A stretch of DNA of 62,633 nucleotides, filler included, from Choristocarpus tenellus KU-1152 (lineage: Eukaryota; Protista; Phaeophyceae): the NCBI GenBank assembly GCA_964200185.2. It is 9 parts of 9 records of this genome, joined end to end, with 100 filler letters (N's around TTAATTAATTAA, not from the genome) between each part and the next. Parts side by side here need not be neighbours in the genome. Positions count along the whole stretch, not along the records: positions 1 to 14,484 come from CAXNAD020001176.1; positions 14,585 to 17,892 come from CAXNAD020020896.1; positions 17,993 to 29,857 come from CAXNAD020002094.1; 6 more parts are not named here. One strand, written 5' to 3'. Shown here piece by piece: positions 10,791 to 23,500 of the stretch. The position numbers and the translations under genes are program-made. How positions within the stretch are numbered: position 1 is the first letter of the stretch; every line of letters starts with the position of its first letter. Under the pieces are notes generated by a model. It saw only the letters and a program-made list of their open reading frames with translations. It was not told where the DNA came from and did no database searches.

Positions 10791-12383
10791 TGATAATATC
10801 GGAAGCTTCCAAGGAGAACGAACTTGAAGGGCTACATTCAATTTCCAAGTACCACATACACCACATGAGTATCGAAATTGAGTGTTCAGAACACTGATGC
10901 TCTCTTCTTCTTGCGAAGTCACACAAGGAGCAGCAACGACCTCTTCACAACACACTATATATATACTATTTGATGTATGTAATATACAATGATAGTGCAT
11001 AGTTGGAAGGTGGATGTGTTACATCACAAAACTATAAATTTGTCGTTAGACTAGTAGTGTACCTTCTTGAAGCGTTTAAGGTAGGTTGAGAAAGAGAAAT
11101 TTGATGCCCATAATAGCACTTTCCCTATCTATTTATTTTGTTTATTTTGTGGATTGGAGACCAAAACAGAAAAAAAAAACATACCACGTATGACGTTCAT
11201 CAGTCAGTGTCGAGCAAACGCTTCCACAACAAGAGGTAGTTAACCTCATTCATTTATGTGTCATGGATTCCGCTGGGATGTCTTTCCCAGACGAGATAAA
11301 TGAAATTGACAACTATATCAACAACGCGGACTAATATAATAGGCCATGCCCCGAGAATCGAACGACCCGAAAAATTCCTTATTCTTTTACTACTACTGCT
11401 GTACGCTTATTGTTGTACGGATGACCATGGAAGGGCAGAATATGTACTTGGTTCTCCGGTTTAGCAGGGAGTGAGCTTCCTCATCCACTACCCAAAGAAG
11501 ATGCATGTATCCTCCAAAGCTCTCACACACAGTAGTATATATTTCGTACCAAATATTGGTTTCATGCACCTTTTATGGCATTAATGATGGCTGCAACGAA
11601 TACCTTCCTAAGTGTACCGATGATGATTGCCCTTACAATGATTTTAACAGAGTTCAAACTGAGCTTGACACAGAACAACCAGCCTCGTTCATTATCACCA
11701 CCAGTGCAAAAGACACACGACCAGCTCACAGTAGCTGCAGTTCCAGAACCCAATTGAAGTCAGAGTTCGATCCTGCTCCGACTTGCTAAGTCAAGGTCAT
11801 ACTCACAGGTGTCATCTATGAAAAAAAAAAACTATAATCATTAATGTAGATACCAGGGGATACCCCAACATATTTCCATGTTGCCACCTAGATACATGAC
11901 AACTCGCACTTGAAGATGAGTAAACAACCTGTCAATGGGGTAGCTCTAGGCTTGCTCGCATTGATCTGTATTCCGTGTGACAAACACCATCCTATACCAC
12001 ACATATATATGCCAAGGGTCTTTGAAAAGCAACTATGACAACAATAGACCTCCACGAAAGGGCAAAGACGATTTTGGGAGCAACGTATGAATAAAAAACC
12101 TTCAGTGGAGTGTAGCCACAGTCACTACAGCAACAAAATTTATAAACGCACACACACACAAATACACACCACAAGCACAACAGTCAACAAGAACAAAACA
12201 TCCACTATGCCAAAATATCGAGCAAAAGAACAGATAGCCACACCTCACCAGCCCTAACCAGACAAGCGCCAGCTACAAAAATGCAACAGCAATATATAAC
12301 AACGGACTGCACACTCTACACCTTCTAGTTTGCCTGCTCCCTTCAGGCTGCAATCACACAGTACCACTTCAATTTTCGCAACA

Positions 12384-14317
12384 TCATGTTATCCCCGGCG
12401 ACACTTGAGAGGCACCAAGAACGGCCTTCCTCCAGCGTGCAACTAACTCAGTTGCCGTCGAGGCGACTTCTGGCGATGGAGCCTTGCGCATATGCCGGAC
12501 AGTGCGGCCAAGATTTGTAGACTGGAGGACCTGTACAGACAGTAGGTGGAGCCATGGCATGTAATGGGTTAGTACAACATAGTGTCACGTGTACATTAAA
12601 GACACTTTGGATGAAAAGGAACACACATGGGTCACTCAAAAGAAGTCTCCCAAAAAATGCTATCTATATTGAGGGGAGGGGGGAAATAAACGACTCAACA
12701 AAGCGGGAATTACACAGGTACAGTATCACGTATTAATAGTGGTCTTGATGTCTCGCCCTGGACCAATAACATGCCTTGGTCCCACAAACCTCTCCCTCCT
12801 TGAATCTCACTACATGATCTTGGCATCAATCTTGAGGGGTATGGTACCTCAAAGCACTACCACTAAGCACACACTGCGTTGATGCGGCAGTATCACAGGT
12901 GCATTTAACATACATACTCAATATTTTGCATCACATCCATGAGGGGACTATCCCGAACTGTGATCAGAGGCACTACACACTGCACTTCTCATACTAACTA
13001 CTGACTACTGACAGACATGACTACTGCATTCTAACCAACAATAATTGAATACTTGACCTCTGTCTTTCGACAATGTCAGACAGTAACATCACAACAGAAT
13101 GCATAGTGTCCCTCCATCCAACACACGGTCTTACCTCCAATGTAACATTGCAAGCACCCAGGTCATCCAGGTACCGCTCGACAACATCCCACCTGTACAA
13201 AGCAACAGCAATACATACACAAAAACAAACAATAGAGTAGATGAGTGTATTCTTGTAAGCTAAATCCTCACTGGCAGCAACTGGCTGCTGAATACATGTC
13301 AAGTTTATACCTTCGTATTGGACAGGAGTTCAAACACAACAGCACAAGGAAGAGGGCAACAGCAGTACTGCAGGGTTGGCAGTGAGGTCTGATAGGTGCC
13401 ACACAACAATAATCATAGGGCGATGCATTGCTCTTCCTTTCCGTTTTTCAAATCGCACATCAATACCAAGAAAGAACCCTTACAAGGGATGCAAACTGCT
13501 TGGAAATAAAAAGAAAGGGAGATTCAAGTCAAGGAGATACAATCACACAAAATCACAGCAGCCTGTCAACACTCCTTCATCAATCCCTCATTACCACACC
13601 AGTCGTACCATTCCCATGCTCTTCCTCACCTATTCCCTTCATAACAAACCAAGTAATAAAAGCGGTCACAAGTAATGGCACTGCAATTCCACAAACTGCA
13701 GAAAAGAGAGACCTACCAGCCAGACTCCACTGCTGCCTGCATGCCCTCAGTGATCTCTTTGGCCATCTCCACTGCTAACCCCCTCACCCCTCCGCCACCA
13801 AGCACCTTGACGGAGCCTCCAACCAAGCCGTCTCGACTCATCTCCAATGCCTCTCAAATCGCATCGCATGTGTCCACATCCAATGTTCAGGGTTACACAG
13901 GAATGCCTTAGCTAAAAAGGGGTCTGAACAAAAAAAAAAATAATGCTCCAACAACCAACCTTCAACTACATGACATCCGTATCCCCACAATGAGGGTAGA
14001 GAGGAAAGAGCACCTCACCTCAACTATATCTTAACTCTTGACCTCATGCCTTTCACACCCAAACAACAGCACAAAAGTACAGCGCAACACAACCACACTC
14101 CCATCCTTTAAAAAAAAAAGAAGGAAAATCTAGCCATTGGGCCACAGAACAGCTGGACCTTGCCCTGTGGCGCCCTCCCCGCTCACCTCCTTGGGGTTGT
14201 CCTCCTCACTAGAGGTTTGAGGGGGCTTTCTAGAGGTGGGAACAGAAACCCCCTCCTTACCACCTTCTTCTTTCCTGGACCCCTCCCTATGCACATCTCT
14301 CTGCTCAATCGTAAGCC
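12384..14317 (-). CDS. 3' part of a gene ending in a TFIIS N-terminal (TND/LW/Med26-type) domain; exons 14187-14317, 13717-13850, 13135-13192, 12384-12530; 5' part cut by the contig end
   Basis: Phase-consistent splicing gives WDVVERYLDDLGACNVTLE|VLQSTNLGRTVRHMRKAPSPEVASTATELVARWRKAV...*, matching the TFIIS-N consensus LxxLxxxxxTxExLxxTxxGxxVxxxRK...AxxLVxxWK. The two upstream exons are less certain. Confidence 0.75.
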
Positions 14318-14484
14318 CTGAGACAAGCACCAGGGATATCACTTTGTGTTGGACATGGAACGAAACCCAGTAGAGTGCAGCATACACGCACAGGAATTAG
14401 AATGCACACGGAATGGACAGAACAATGCTCTCCTAGTACCGTGCTTAGCGATAGAACAGCATGTGTGGGTGCGCGAGGGGGGGG

Positions 14485-14584
14485 NNNNNNNNNNNNNNNN
14501 NNNNNNNNNNNNNNNNNNNNNNNNNNNNTTAATTAATTAANNNNNNNNNNNNNNNNNNNNNNNNNNNNNNNNNNNNNNNNNNNN
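14485..14584. other. Artificial contig spacer (44 N + TTAATTAATTAA + 44 N); also at 17893-17992, 29858-29957, 39620-39719, 42799-42898, 47600-47699, 54055-54154, 58775-58874
   Basis: Identical 100-bp structure eight times. TTAATTAATTAA puts stop codons in all six frames. Confidence 0.97.
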
Positions 14585-14700
14585 CAAGGGCGCTATGAGA
14601 GGCGTTTCGTCCTGGAGGACCTCGACGAGGATATCGTTGCCGATTTCAAAGAGTGGGTGCGTGAACACACAGGAAGGAAGGATGGGGAGCCTTTTTTCCC
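14585..14700 (+). mobile_element. Possible DNA-transposase fragment at a contig edge
   Basis: Short coding-like stretch QGRYERRFVLEDLDEDIVADFKEWVREHTGRKDGEPF resembles the N-terminal DNA-binding region of some DDE transposases. Too short to assign. Confidence 0.25.
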
Positions 14701-15509
14701 ACCTAAACCATATTCTTTAATCAAGTAATAGTGCATCTGTTGCCACTTTTGGTGACCTACAGTCCAGGGTTCGAACCGCTCTTTCTTCAAAAAAAGAAAA
14801 AAAATGTAAAAAAAAACACGAAGCCCGTACTCTGGAGGGCCTTGTGACGGGCATGACAAGTATGTTTTTATCTTTTTAATCCGAAGTTATGACGGGACAA
14901 CCCCAGAGGGCGAAGCTACTGGTACCATTATAGCTGTGATATGTTGTTTACCCTTTATGTTTCCATTTGTTGTTCTCATCTTTATGACACCCAATAATTC
15001 ATCTTTTCGAAATAGAATGTGTTCGAAATAGAATATGTGACGGTGTTTTTCAACCTTTCTTTGTATGATGGGCGAATGGGGGTAAGGACTTCTGACATAA
15101 TAGGGATAGATGTGGAGATCGGAGTTGGGGGATCCACACTCTAGTTAACACGACGAGAGGAACCGAGTTGGGAATCTGCTTTCGTTCCATTTGTGTTGAT
15201 GTGGTCGAATCTTTGCCCTGAGACGAATGTATTGTGAAGATGCTCTTTATTTCCTTCCTGCATATCCCTCGCAATGATGCCCTCTTATTTTCTTGGTCCC
15301 TGCAACTCACATCGCAGTCATTTCTTTGTATTTTTTGTCTCCAGAATCAATACGCGAAGTGAATTGAACGCGCCTAGTCGAACATGTAGTGGCAATGCTG
15401 TCGATCAATAATCTTGCTATTTTGTCCTGTGTCTCACTTGTAATGAGCTATTGCCGACCTTTTATGATCGGGGCGAGATACTGGAGAGCGCAATTCGTTG
15501 GTGGGTACA

Positions 15510-15950
15510 AAGCAGGGGCTGCGCATGAGGGGAAGCTCCGCAGGTAGAATCCACTGTGGTCTGTGCTCCAGCAGCCCCAGGAGGAGAGGAGCAACATTGT
15601 ATTTGTGTCCCTGGGTAAGCCCTTGGGGGCTGTGCTGGGGGAAAAGGGGGAGAAGATCCGCCAGTTAGCAATCACAGTGCTTGAGCAGCATAAGGGGGAA
15701 GATTCAGGGGAGTAGGGATATGTGGTCTGTGCCGCGGGAAAAGGGGAGGAGCCCCAACAGATAGCAGCCACAGTGCTCGAGCAGTGCCAGAAACGAAGTC
15801 ACAAGAAAGGCCGTATGTGGTCTGAACTTGAGGGGGAAAAGGACAAACTCCACCAACCAGCGGCCATGGTACTTTGGTAGCAACAGGAGGAAGGTACAGG
15901 GAGGGAGGACTGTGCCAGGGTAGAATGGATGAGTTGTGCCTGAGCAGAAA
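15510..15950 (+). repeat. Degenerate ~90-100-bp tandem units within a dispersed element; homologous copy at ~45140-45530
   Basis: Recurrent GGGCTGTGCC(A)GGGGAAAA...GAAG.TCCGCCA..TAGCA.TCACAGTG.TTGAGCAGC units. Downstream blocks TGTGCCTGCCTGTG and ACCCYGCCAGACAG are shared between ~16240-16420 and ~45367-45520. Confidence 0.6.
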
Positions 15951-16209
15951 GAGTCAAAGCATTTAGGAGGGTAGGAGCTTTGCCCTGTTTGTCCGTTCAA
16001 GGCTTGGCTTCCCACGGTTTTTTTATGCCCTTTTTCAGTTTTCTGAGTGAACACAGTTACCTAAAATGTATACGACTATGTGAAAGGTGTGCCCAGAGCA
16101 AGGATATTGACACTTGCTAACAAACACTATAGCCAAAATTCATCAAAATCACAACATTGGATTGATGACCCTAAATGGACGCAGCCCTACCCTCTTAAAT
16201 GCTTGGCTC
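15951..16209. mobile_element. ~260-bp MITE, family A (GAGTCAAAG...CTTTGACTC-type termini); other copies at 39109 (partial), ~42990-43066 (3' part), 44178-44431, 46863-47120, 56424-56686
   Basis: TIR GAGTCAAAGCATTTAGGAGGGTAG pairs with CTACCCTCTTAAATGCTTGGCTC. The internal body (TTTGCCCTGTTTGTCC...GGCTTGGCTTCCCAC...CAAGGATATTGACACTT...AAATGGACG) is conserved in the full-length copies. Confidence 0.8.
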
Positions 16210-18004
16210 GGAACTCGTTGGATTTGCAAGGGGGAGTTTGTGCCTGCCTGTGCAAAAGTTTGATGATCGAGCTATTATGTACATCATCAAGGATATCAAT
16301 ACGGTTGGTGGCTGCAATCTTGTGGAATCTGTGGGTAACTTTGACCTTAAAAGTGGCTAACTGGGAATTCTAAACTACTGGTAATATTGAAGACATCGTA
16401 ACCATGGACCCCGCCAGACAGTGAAAAAATAAATTGCATTCTGTGCCATCCGTTGGCTCATTCAATGTTTTAAGAAAAGCATTAGACCACAGCTATAGGG
16501 GATGGTGTGCGTTCCTTGATGATAGTTATAATTATTCACTGTTTTTCATCTAGCTATAGGTACTAATATCTGGACGGTGATTAATATTGACTGCAGAACC
16601 TGTGCATCACTGACAATGTGTCGGTTCTGAAACCAGTTATGGAGTAGGTCTCAGACCATTTATGGACTAGTTCTCACTTCTTTCCGGGTATGGGTCCCAT
16701 GCACATAGGAACTAGTTGGCACAGGTTCACTATGGCATTCTACTCCCTATCTATTACTATGGTGTAATATTGATGTCACATCACCCTTGTGGTGGGTAAA
16801 TAATGTGTATATCAAATACCCTCAACAGGCTGTAGTGATTGTTATATGGGTACGAACTTGTTCAAGGTCTGTTGCTGAAAAGTAGGACACACAACCTACT
16901 ACTGATGAGACTTTTCTTCTTTTGACAATTTGCTGTGGGCTTTGATCTGGGTTACCTAGACTGCATGTTGTAGTGCATGGAAGCACCCTCTAATAATTAT
17001 TTTCGAAAACAGTAAGGTACATTACACACATTTCGTGTGTGTGCTTGAAGGCAAGAGGTTTGTGTAAATTGCTGTGGATTAGGTCACGTGGGTTGTCATG
17101 TGTGCTTAGATTGCTGTATCGAAACCAGTTCCTGGAGACTCATCCCCTATAAAACGTTCTGAGGTGAGAAAGGTGGGAATATCGAAAACATGGGTTGGCA
17201 TGGATGTATAGGTGGCCATGGCAGAGCTTGCCACTTGGAAGGTCACGAAGGCCTCCAATGCTCAAGCTTGGTAGCTTGGTCGGAAAAGTTACTGTCAGGC
17301 CCCCAAGGTCAGTTCGGACCAATGGAAATGGGTGGCGACCTTCACTGTGGACGGCGTGATCTTCCAAATGGAAGCTACAAGAAGATTCATAACCCTAGTT
17401 TAAGTCCCAGAATCTTCAATTCAGAGAAAGGATCGGAGTCAAACTATATTCCTCTGGATGACTGGGGAATAGATTATAATTTGGACGATGAGGATGGGTC
17501 TTGAGAGGAGAGCAGGGACAAGGAGTCTGGTGTCAGGGCAACTGGGCAAGGGGTCAGGGGATCTGTTGATGGAGACAACTGTGAGACAGGTGAATTTGTT
17601 TGGGGCCGATGATTGGTCAAGAAAGGCTCCAAAATCCCGTACCACTGTGGGAATGCAGGACATGTCCTTGAGAACCGCTGAGAGGTGGGTTCTGGTGTTG
17701 CTATGGCAAGATGGGGTGTCAATATGTGCGACTAAATAGCCGATAGACTACTTCAACCTGATATTTCCCTGGGATAAAGTTGATGAGATGGTGGTGGGGA
17801 CAAACACTAACTTGAGAAGTGGTAGGTGTCCTGTTAAAGTATCCCCAAAATCATCAAAGAACATAAAGGTGATAAACCTGGCGAGATTGCTTNNNNNNNN
17901 NNNNNNNNNNNNNNNNNNNNNNNNNNNNNNNNNNNNTTAATTAATTAANNNNNNNNNNNNNNNNNNNNNNNNNNNNNNNNNNNNNNNNNNNNGTAGTGCC
18001 GCGT

Positions 18005-18073
<69 letters not shown>

Positions 18074-19587
18074 CTGTGTGTGTTTGTCTGTGTAAAGGAT
18101 ACTGCTGCTGTCTTTTGGTAAGGCAGAGCGATTGAGAACAGGATACCTCTATATACCATCATAAAGATTCCCATCGACTGCTGATACCTTTCCCCCGCTA
18201 TCATCGAAAAAAAACTGATCAGTCAATTTTCTGATCACTTCTTTCCCAAAACGCCTCTCAATTTATACATTGTCATGAGAGCCGCGTACCACAACAGCCA
18301 GCAGAGCCATATCGTATCAGGTATTGTTTATGTGGCTAAGATCATCGACAAATGAGCCATGCTGCTGTGTAACCTGTGCAAAATATGATCTGCATATTTT
18401 CCTCTATCAACAAAATTGCTGAGCATTTGAGACTGGAGATGTGCATTTCCACCCTTTGCCAAGAAGTGATTTGACTGAGGTAATATGCTGCTCACTCCAA
18501 GAGATCAATTGTAATGTGCATGGGCAATAGACTGCATATGTAAAGATTGCACACGTCGTAACGCCTCCAGCAACAATATCAAATACAACAAAAAAAAGAC
18601 CACAGAGTAGGGGAGTAGAGCTCAAGTACCTGCATACATACCACAACATGTGAATAGTACATTGCATTATTCCAGCGCACCATGAAGTACCAAGTGCATA
18701 GAATGTAGTACAGATGTAAAACATTTTGGGGTAGTTTCAAACATAGCACTGCATCATATTCTGAAGTGCAGTTCAGATTGGCTTGCCCAAAGATTTCCAA
18801 GTTTTTACCGCATAATATGATGGAGCTCTGCTAACATCGAATACCATACTAATACTTTCAAGTATCAGTGCAGTAGTCCTGGACAGTATCACTACCAAAA
18901 AATTAATTCTCACTACAAGAACCAACTGATCATACTGATTGTCCATTCCTATCAATTCTCATTACTGTATTAAATAGGGCTACAATGTACATTGCATGTT
19001 GGACTTACTTGCTCAATGGTAAAAAGGATTTCGTACAAGCATTTTTTCAAGTTAGTGATTACTCAAAAAAAGGAATACTTAGAAAAGGGGTACGTAGCCA
19101 CAAATTAAAGTGAGCGATGCCTTTTAAATTCGTATTGGGATGACGACTCTAGTATGGTTGCCGGGCAGCAAACGATCAAGTATCATTGCGTCATTGGAAC
19201 CGCGAGCGAGAAGTGCTCACCGTTTTACTAATGCTTTTGCATCAAGCCAGACTGTTTTTTGCGTAACTATATTGCACCACCTCACCATACTGTACTTCAC
19301 ACATTAATAGAGCCTGCTCTGAGACACCAAACTTCTAATTGCGGTAGTAAAACTGCTACTATTACCAAGGAATGAAGACACCCTAGTCAAGTCTGCCGCA
19401 GCACAGATGCCACTATGCCATCGAACAACCTACCGTGCAGACTTCATCAGCCAGAGCCAAGGTCTGGTTACTCCTAAAACACCAGATCTACACTTCAACA
19501 AACACTGATACAGCTTACCCTTGACTAGTTTCGCGATCGATGCACAACTTCAAGGGGAAGTTCCGCTGTGCTTAATCCAGCTCTTAC

Positions 19588-20142
19588 CCGCTTGTCTCCC
19601 GGTCATGTATATCCCCCCAGCAATCAGGGCACTCTGAGTGACCACAGCACCAAAGAGTCTCCCCCAATTTGTCTCAGAGGTCACTGCTGCCGCCCCATAT
19701 CCGTTATTAGGGAGTCCATCTTGATAATTTCGACCTTCGCCCATTCCCTTTATCCAACACAGTAGACGTCTTGAAGATGTCCTGGCAGGGTTAGGTGGTT
19801 ATTGTGGGGGTGTAGACGAGGAGGGGGTATCTCAAAGATGAATAGGGGGTCTAGAATGGAAGAGAAGGGCACAGGTGTGCACGCGTTAGTATCCATTACG
19901 CAAAATCTTTATAATAAATCTCACACTGGTATCATCCGATGTCCTATCCTGTATGACAGAGGCGTGTCCGGGCAGGCGGAAGATGCAGTCATGGATAGTC
20001 TCATGAAAAAGTACACCAAGCAACCGAGGAGGCTAGGTTTGCGGGGAATTGAAGAAGGTTCCAAGGGCCTTTTCCTTCCTCGATAATCCACATGCTTCCA
20101 TTTACCTCCATTGATTAGTGACCTTTGCATTTCTCCAACCAT
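19588..20142 (-). CDS. Putative first two exons (19925-20142, 19588-19781) of an uncharacterised, possibly membrane protein, divergent from the hydrolase; a further exon may lie at ~18407-18629
   Basis: ATG at 20142 and a phase-compatible GT-AG join give ...RMIPV|TSSRRLLCWIKG...NWGRLFGAVVTQSALIAGGIYMTGRQA followed by a GTAAGA donor. No homology recognised. Confidence 0.35.
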
Positions 20143-20522
20143 CTTCAGGGTTTTAAATTTAGTTGAGATGGAGGTATCCTAATCGATCTACATCTCTCTT
20201 CCTAGTACACAATTCCCCTCTCTATTCTGTCTGTTTGACCACTGCGGCTTAATTATGATTGGTCGAATGCGAGCCAGTCGTCTTTCTTGGTCGTTGCGAT
20301 TACCCCTTCGAAATGATGAGGGCAGACAATGTCGATCATCCTCTGATCTCGCTAGCTGCAACGGTCACATCTCCATAGTTGATTTTTCGGCCATCAATGT
20401 CGGAGAACGCAACCTCTCTGTTTCATTCCCGAATCGATGATCTCACCACAAGTCAATACCCTTCCACAACCAACACCAGAGTGAATGAACCTGAAGAGTG
20501 AGTTAGAGCGATAAATCCCTAG

Positions 20523-23500
20523 ACCTTGGTTAACCTGCCTAGTCCATCATTGCGGTACGTCCAAAAAGGTATTCTTAGACGACCCTGACAGCCAACGAGT
20601 CCTCTATTGCCCATCCCCTTTGCCAAGCCCATCAAATTTTACCTCTCACTGTTGGAACTGTGGTCGCAGCGTGCCGTGGCACCGATGGCAGCATCATCTC
20701 CTACCGACATTGTTGGGATATTCGAGACTTACTCTTCAGCTTACCTGGCCAATAATTGTGATGGTGTTAATTTCTTCTACTTGTCTCTGGTGAGGGGTGG
20801 AGTTAATCCACAGAGACAGATAGAAAGGGTGGAGCTCCAAAACCTTACTGAAAAACTGTGTACGGGTGACAATGTGAACAATGTAAAGTCTCAAATATTC
20901 TCCTGAGAAAAATATATGAACAACAATGACCCGTCTGAGTGTGTTCAAGGCTGTGATTTAACAATATCTGTACAGGCACTACCCCCTCGTGAATGCAATC
21001 ACTGGCATGGTTATCTTCGTGTGGATGTGGAGCGCTGACGAACAATTCGGGATGGGATACCTTGGTCGCATGCCTTCTAAGCTCAAGGCCGGACTACACT
21101 GCAAGTTGACCAAGCGGAATAAGGAGATCGTCGACAGGGTGCCAGGTCTACGCAAGGCTAATTTCGAAGGTGTTTCCTATTATAGTCATATACAAGCACG
21201 CAAAGTACTATCAATTTTTCGATCTGTTTCACAATGATACACCGGGCTTACTTGCTTCTGACGAAAGTGAACGATGTGCCTGCCTTACTCAAAGACATGA
21301 CCCATACACAGGTACTCCTTGGCTTCTCACTGGAGACAGCACTACAGTTTTTGCACATCTTTTTTTCGCGGAGGCTAGAATACCATACATCCGTAGGTGG
21401 TTAGCCGTTGCCCCCTCAGGAAAAGGTCGATTTCATGGTGAAGAGGAACGCCCTACCACTGTGGATCAAAGTACCAGCAACAAAGTGACGACAGGGTCCT
21501 CTAGTAGCAACAAGGAGGGGGGAAAGAGAACTGAATTCATTGCTCTGGATATTGCTCACCCAAAGGATGGCCTTAATCCATCAAAGCCCTTCCATTTGGT
21601 GCTGCACGGTCTCACTGGTAGCTCAAATGATGTGCGTAAAGGTTTCCTCTTATTGAGAACGTATCTCACCCAAAGTATGTGGTGTACAGTACACAATTCG
21701 TTTCTTACATCGCTTAAGAGATGCAGATTGTATTGATTCTTGATTTCAATCATTGTGGTGAATGGGAAGAAAACCTAGGCAGTAAAGTGGTCTTCAACAC
21801 ATCGCCTCAATGCCAGAGAGGAGGGAAAATTGAAACAAAGTAATATATGCTTCAAATGTATATAAAATGCAGTATGTCTCCAAGCAAGCTTCAAGCAGTG
21901 CCCCATCAGCAGTAGTGTTTTATATATAAGGTAGTGGATATCATATAAATATTTTAGGGGAAAGAAACTAAGAACATTCTGATGTATTGTCCACTCCCAT
22001 TAGATGCCTGCCAACCCCTTGTAAGCTTACCAAGCTACCAGGTGTATCATGCAATGGTGCTGATAGCAGTGAACCCTCTCCTCTCTCTTCCTTAACCCCA
22101 TGTATGAACAGAATTTCGTCTTAAGCTTAGCCAAGGAAGCCCTTGCCAGAGGCTCAGGGGTGTGCGTGATGAATGCCCGTGGACTGGAGGGAATTCAAAC
22201 CTGCACTGATGGTGGGCAAGCTCTCTTCAACATATTTTCCCTGTTGAGGTGTTCCCCGTTCTACCATCATTTACACCACCAGTTATACCACCAGTGGTTA
22301 TACCAAGACTCTCTGTGCCTTGTCAAGGGACTAATAATTACGAAAATTGTTTTTTATCTCTATATAGCCCTTGCACATTGATTCCCCTTTCAGTAAGAAA
22401 GCCACATTTGACAGAGCTACTCATGAAGTGTCTATTTTCAAAATACGGTGTATCACCAATTAGCAGTACTTACAAGTACAATATATTCTATACTTGCCAA
22501 CACTTCACTGGATTGTGTAAGCACCTAGACCTTGCTACAAATAGTACAATATATTAGAAAGTAGAATGACCAAAGTCAGCCTATTTCCCTGATTGAACTT
22601 TTCCTCCCCCTTTACACCCTTCTCCTCGTAGAGATTTGGAGTGGAGCTCGAACTGCTGATGTCAGGGCAACAATTTCCGCCCTCAAATCGGCCTTGCTGC
22701 CCCAGACCCCTCTCACCCTCATAGGTTTCAGCGCTGGTGGCATCACCGCCGCTAACTACGTGGCCAAGGCAGGCTCTGACTCTGGAGTGCAATGTGCTGT
22801 TTCTCTCTCAGGGAGCTTCGATATGAGGTTGAAGCAGCTGGGATTGACATTCCGATCGTCCTCGCATCCCATGTTCAAACTGTTATGATGATGCGCCACA
22901 TAAAAGTTTGTATAAATGCAACCTATGATGGTTCTTGAGCTGTGCATTGCAATTTCAAAATATTCTGTGCATGGGAGTTGGAAAATACACAGAAAACGGA
23001 CGAAGAATGCTGATTCAAAACACGGATAGTACAGTAATCGGTTGTGCAGTTGATGAGGCGAAGTCCAATGCCTTTCTCATGAAGTAATCTACTCAGCCCT
23101 TACACTGGGATGATGCAAGAGCAACAATATTTCGATCTCACTATGCATGCATCCATCTCCTCCTACATCAAATTCCCTCTATCTTTCAGACAGAATACTC
23201 TTTTCCAGCATAGTGTGAGGGTATTTCAACCAATTCTTGTGGGTGCAATGAAGTCTCGCCATGTCTTCCCTAAGCGGAATGAAATCAAAGCCAGGTAAGA
23301 AGTGCTTGGACCCCACCATTTGAGCATCCCATAGCTGAATTGTCTTCCTAATCCTCAAGTATATATTTACATGGACTTGCTTCGCTTTTGTTGAGGGTAG
23401 GTAGTTTTTGGATGTACTATCTATTAGTGGTAAACTCTCCAGTTACCAACAGCAATGAATAAGGAGTGCCCGGATGCTACCGTTTGAGGAGTTCCTGGTC

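Noticed and set aside
17630-17690. YHCGNAGHVLENR, a possible decayed gag zinc knuckle
   Set aside because: Two of the four CCHC ligands are missing and no supporting retroelement domains were recognised nearby.
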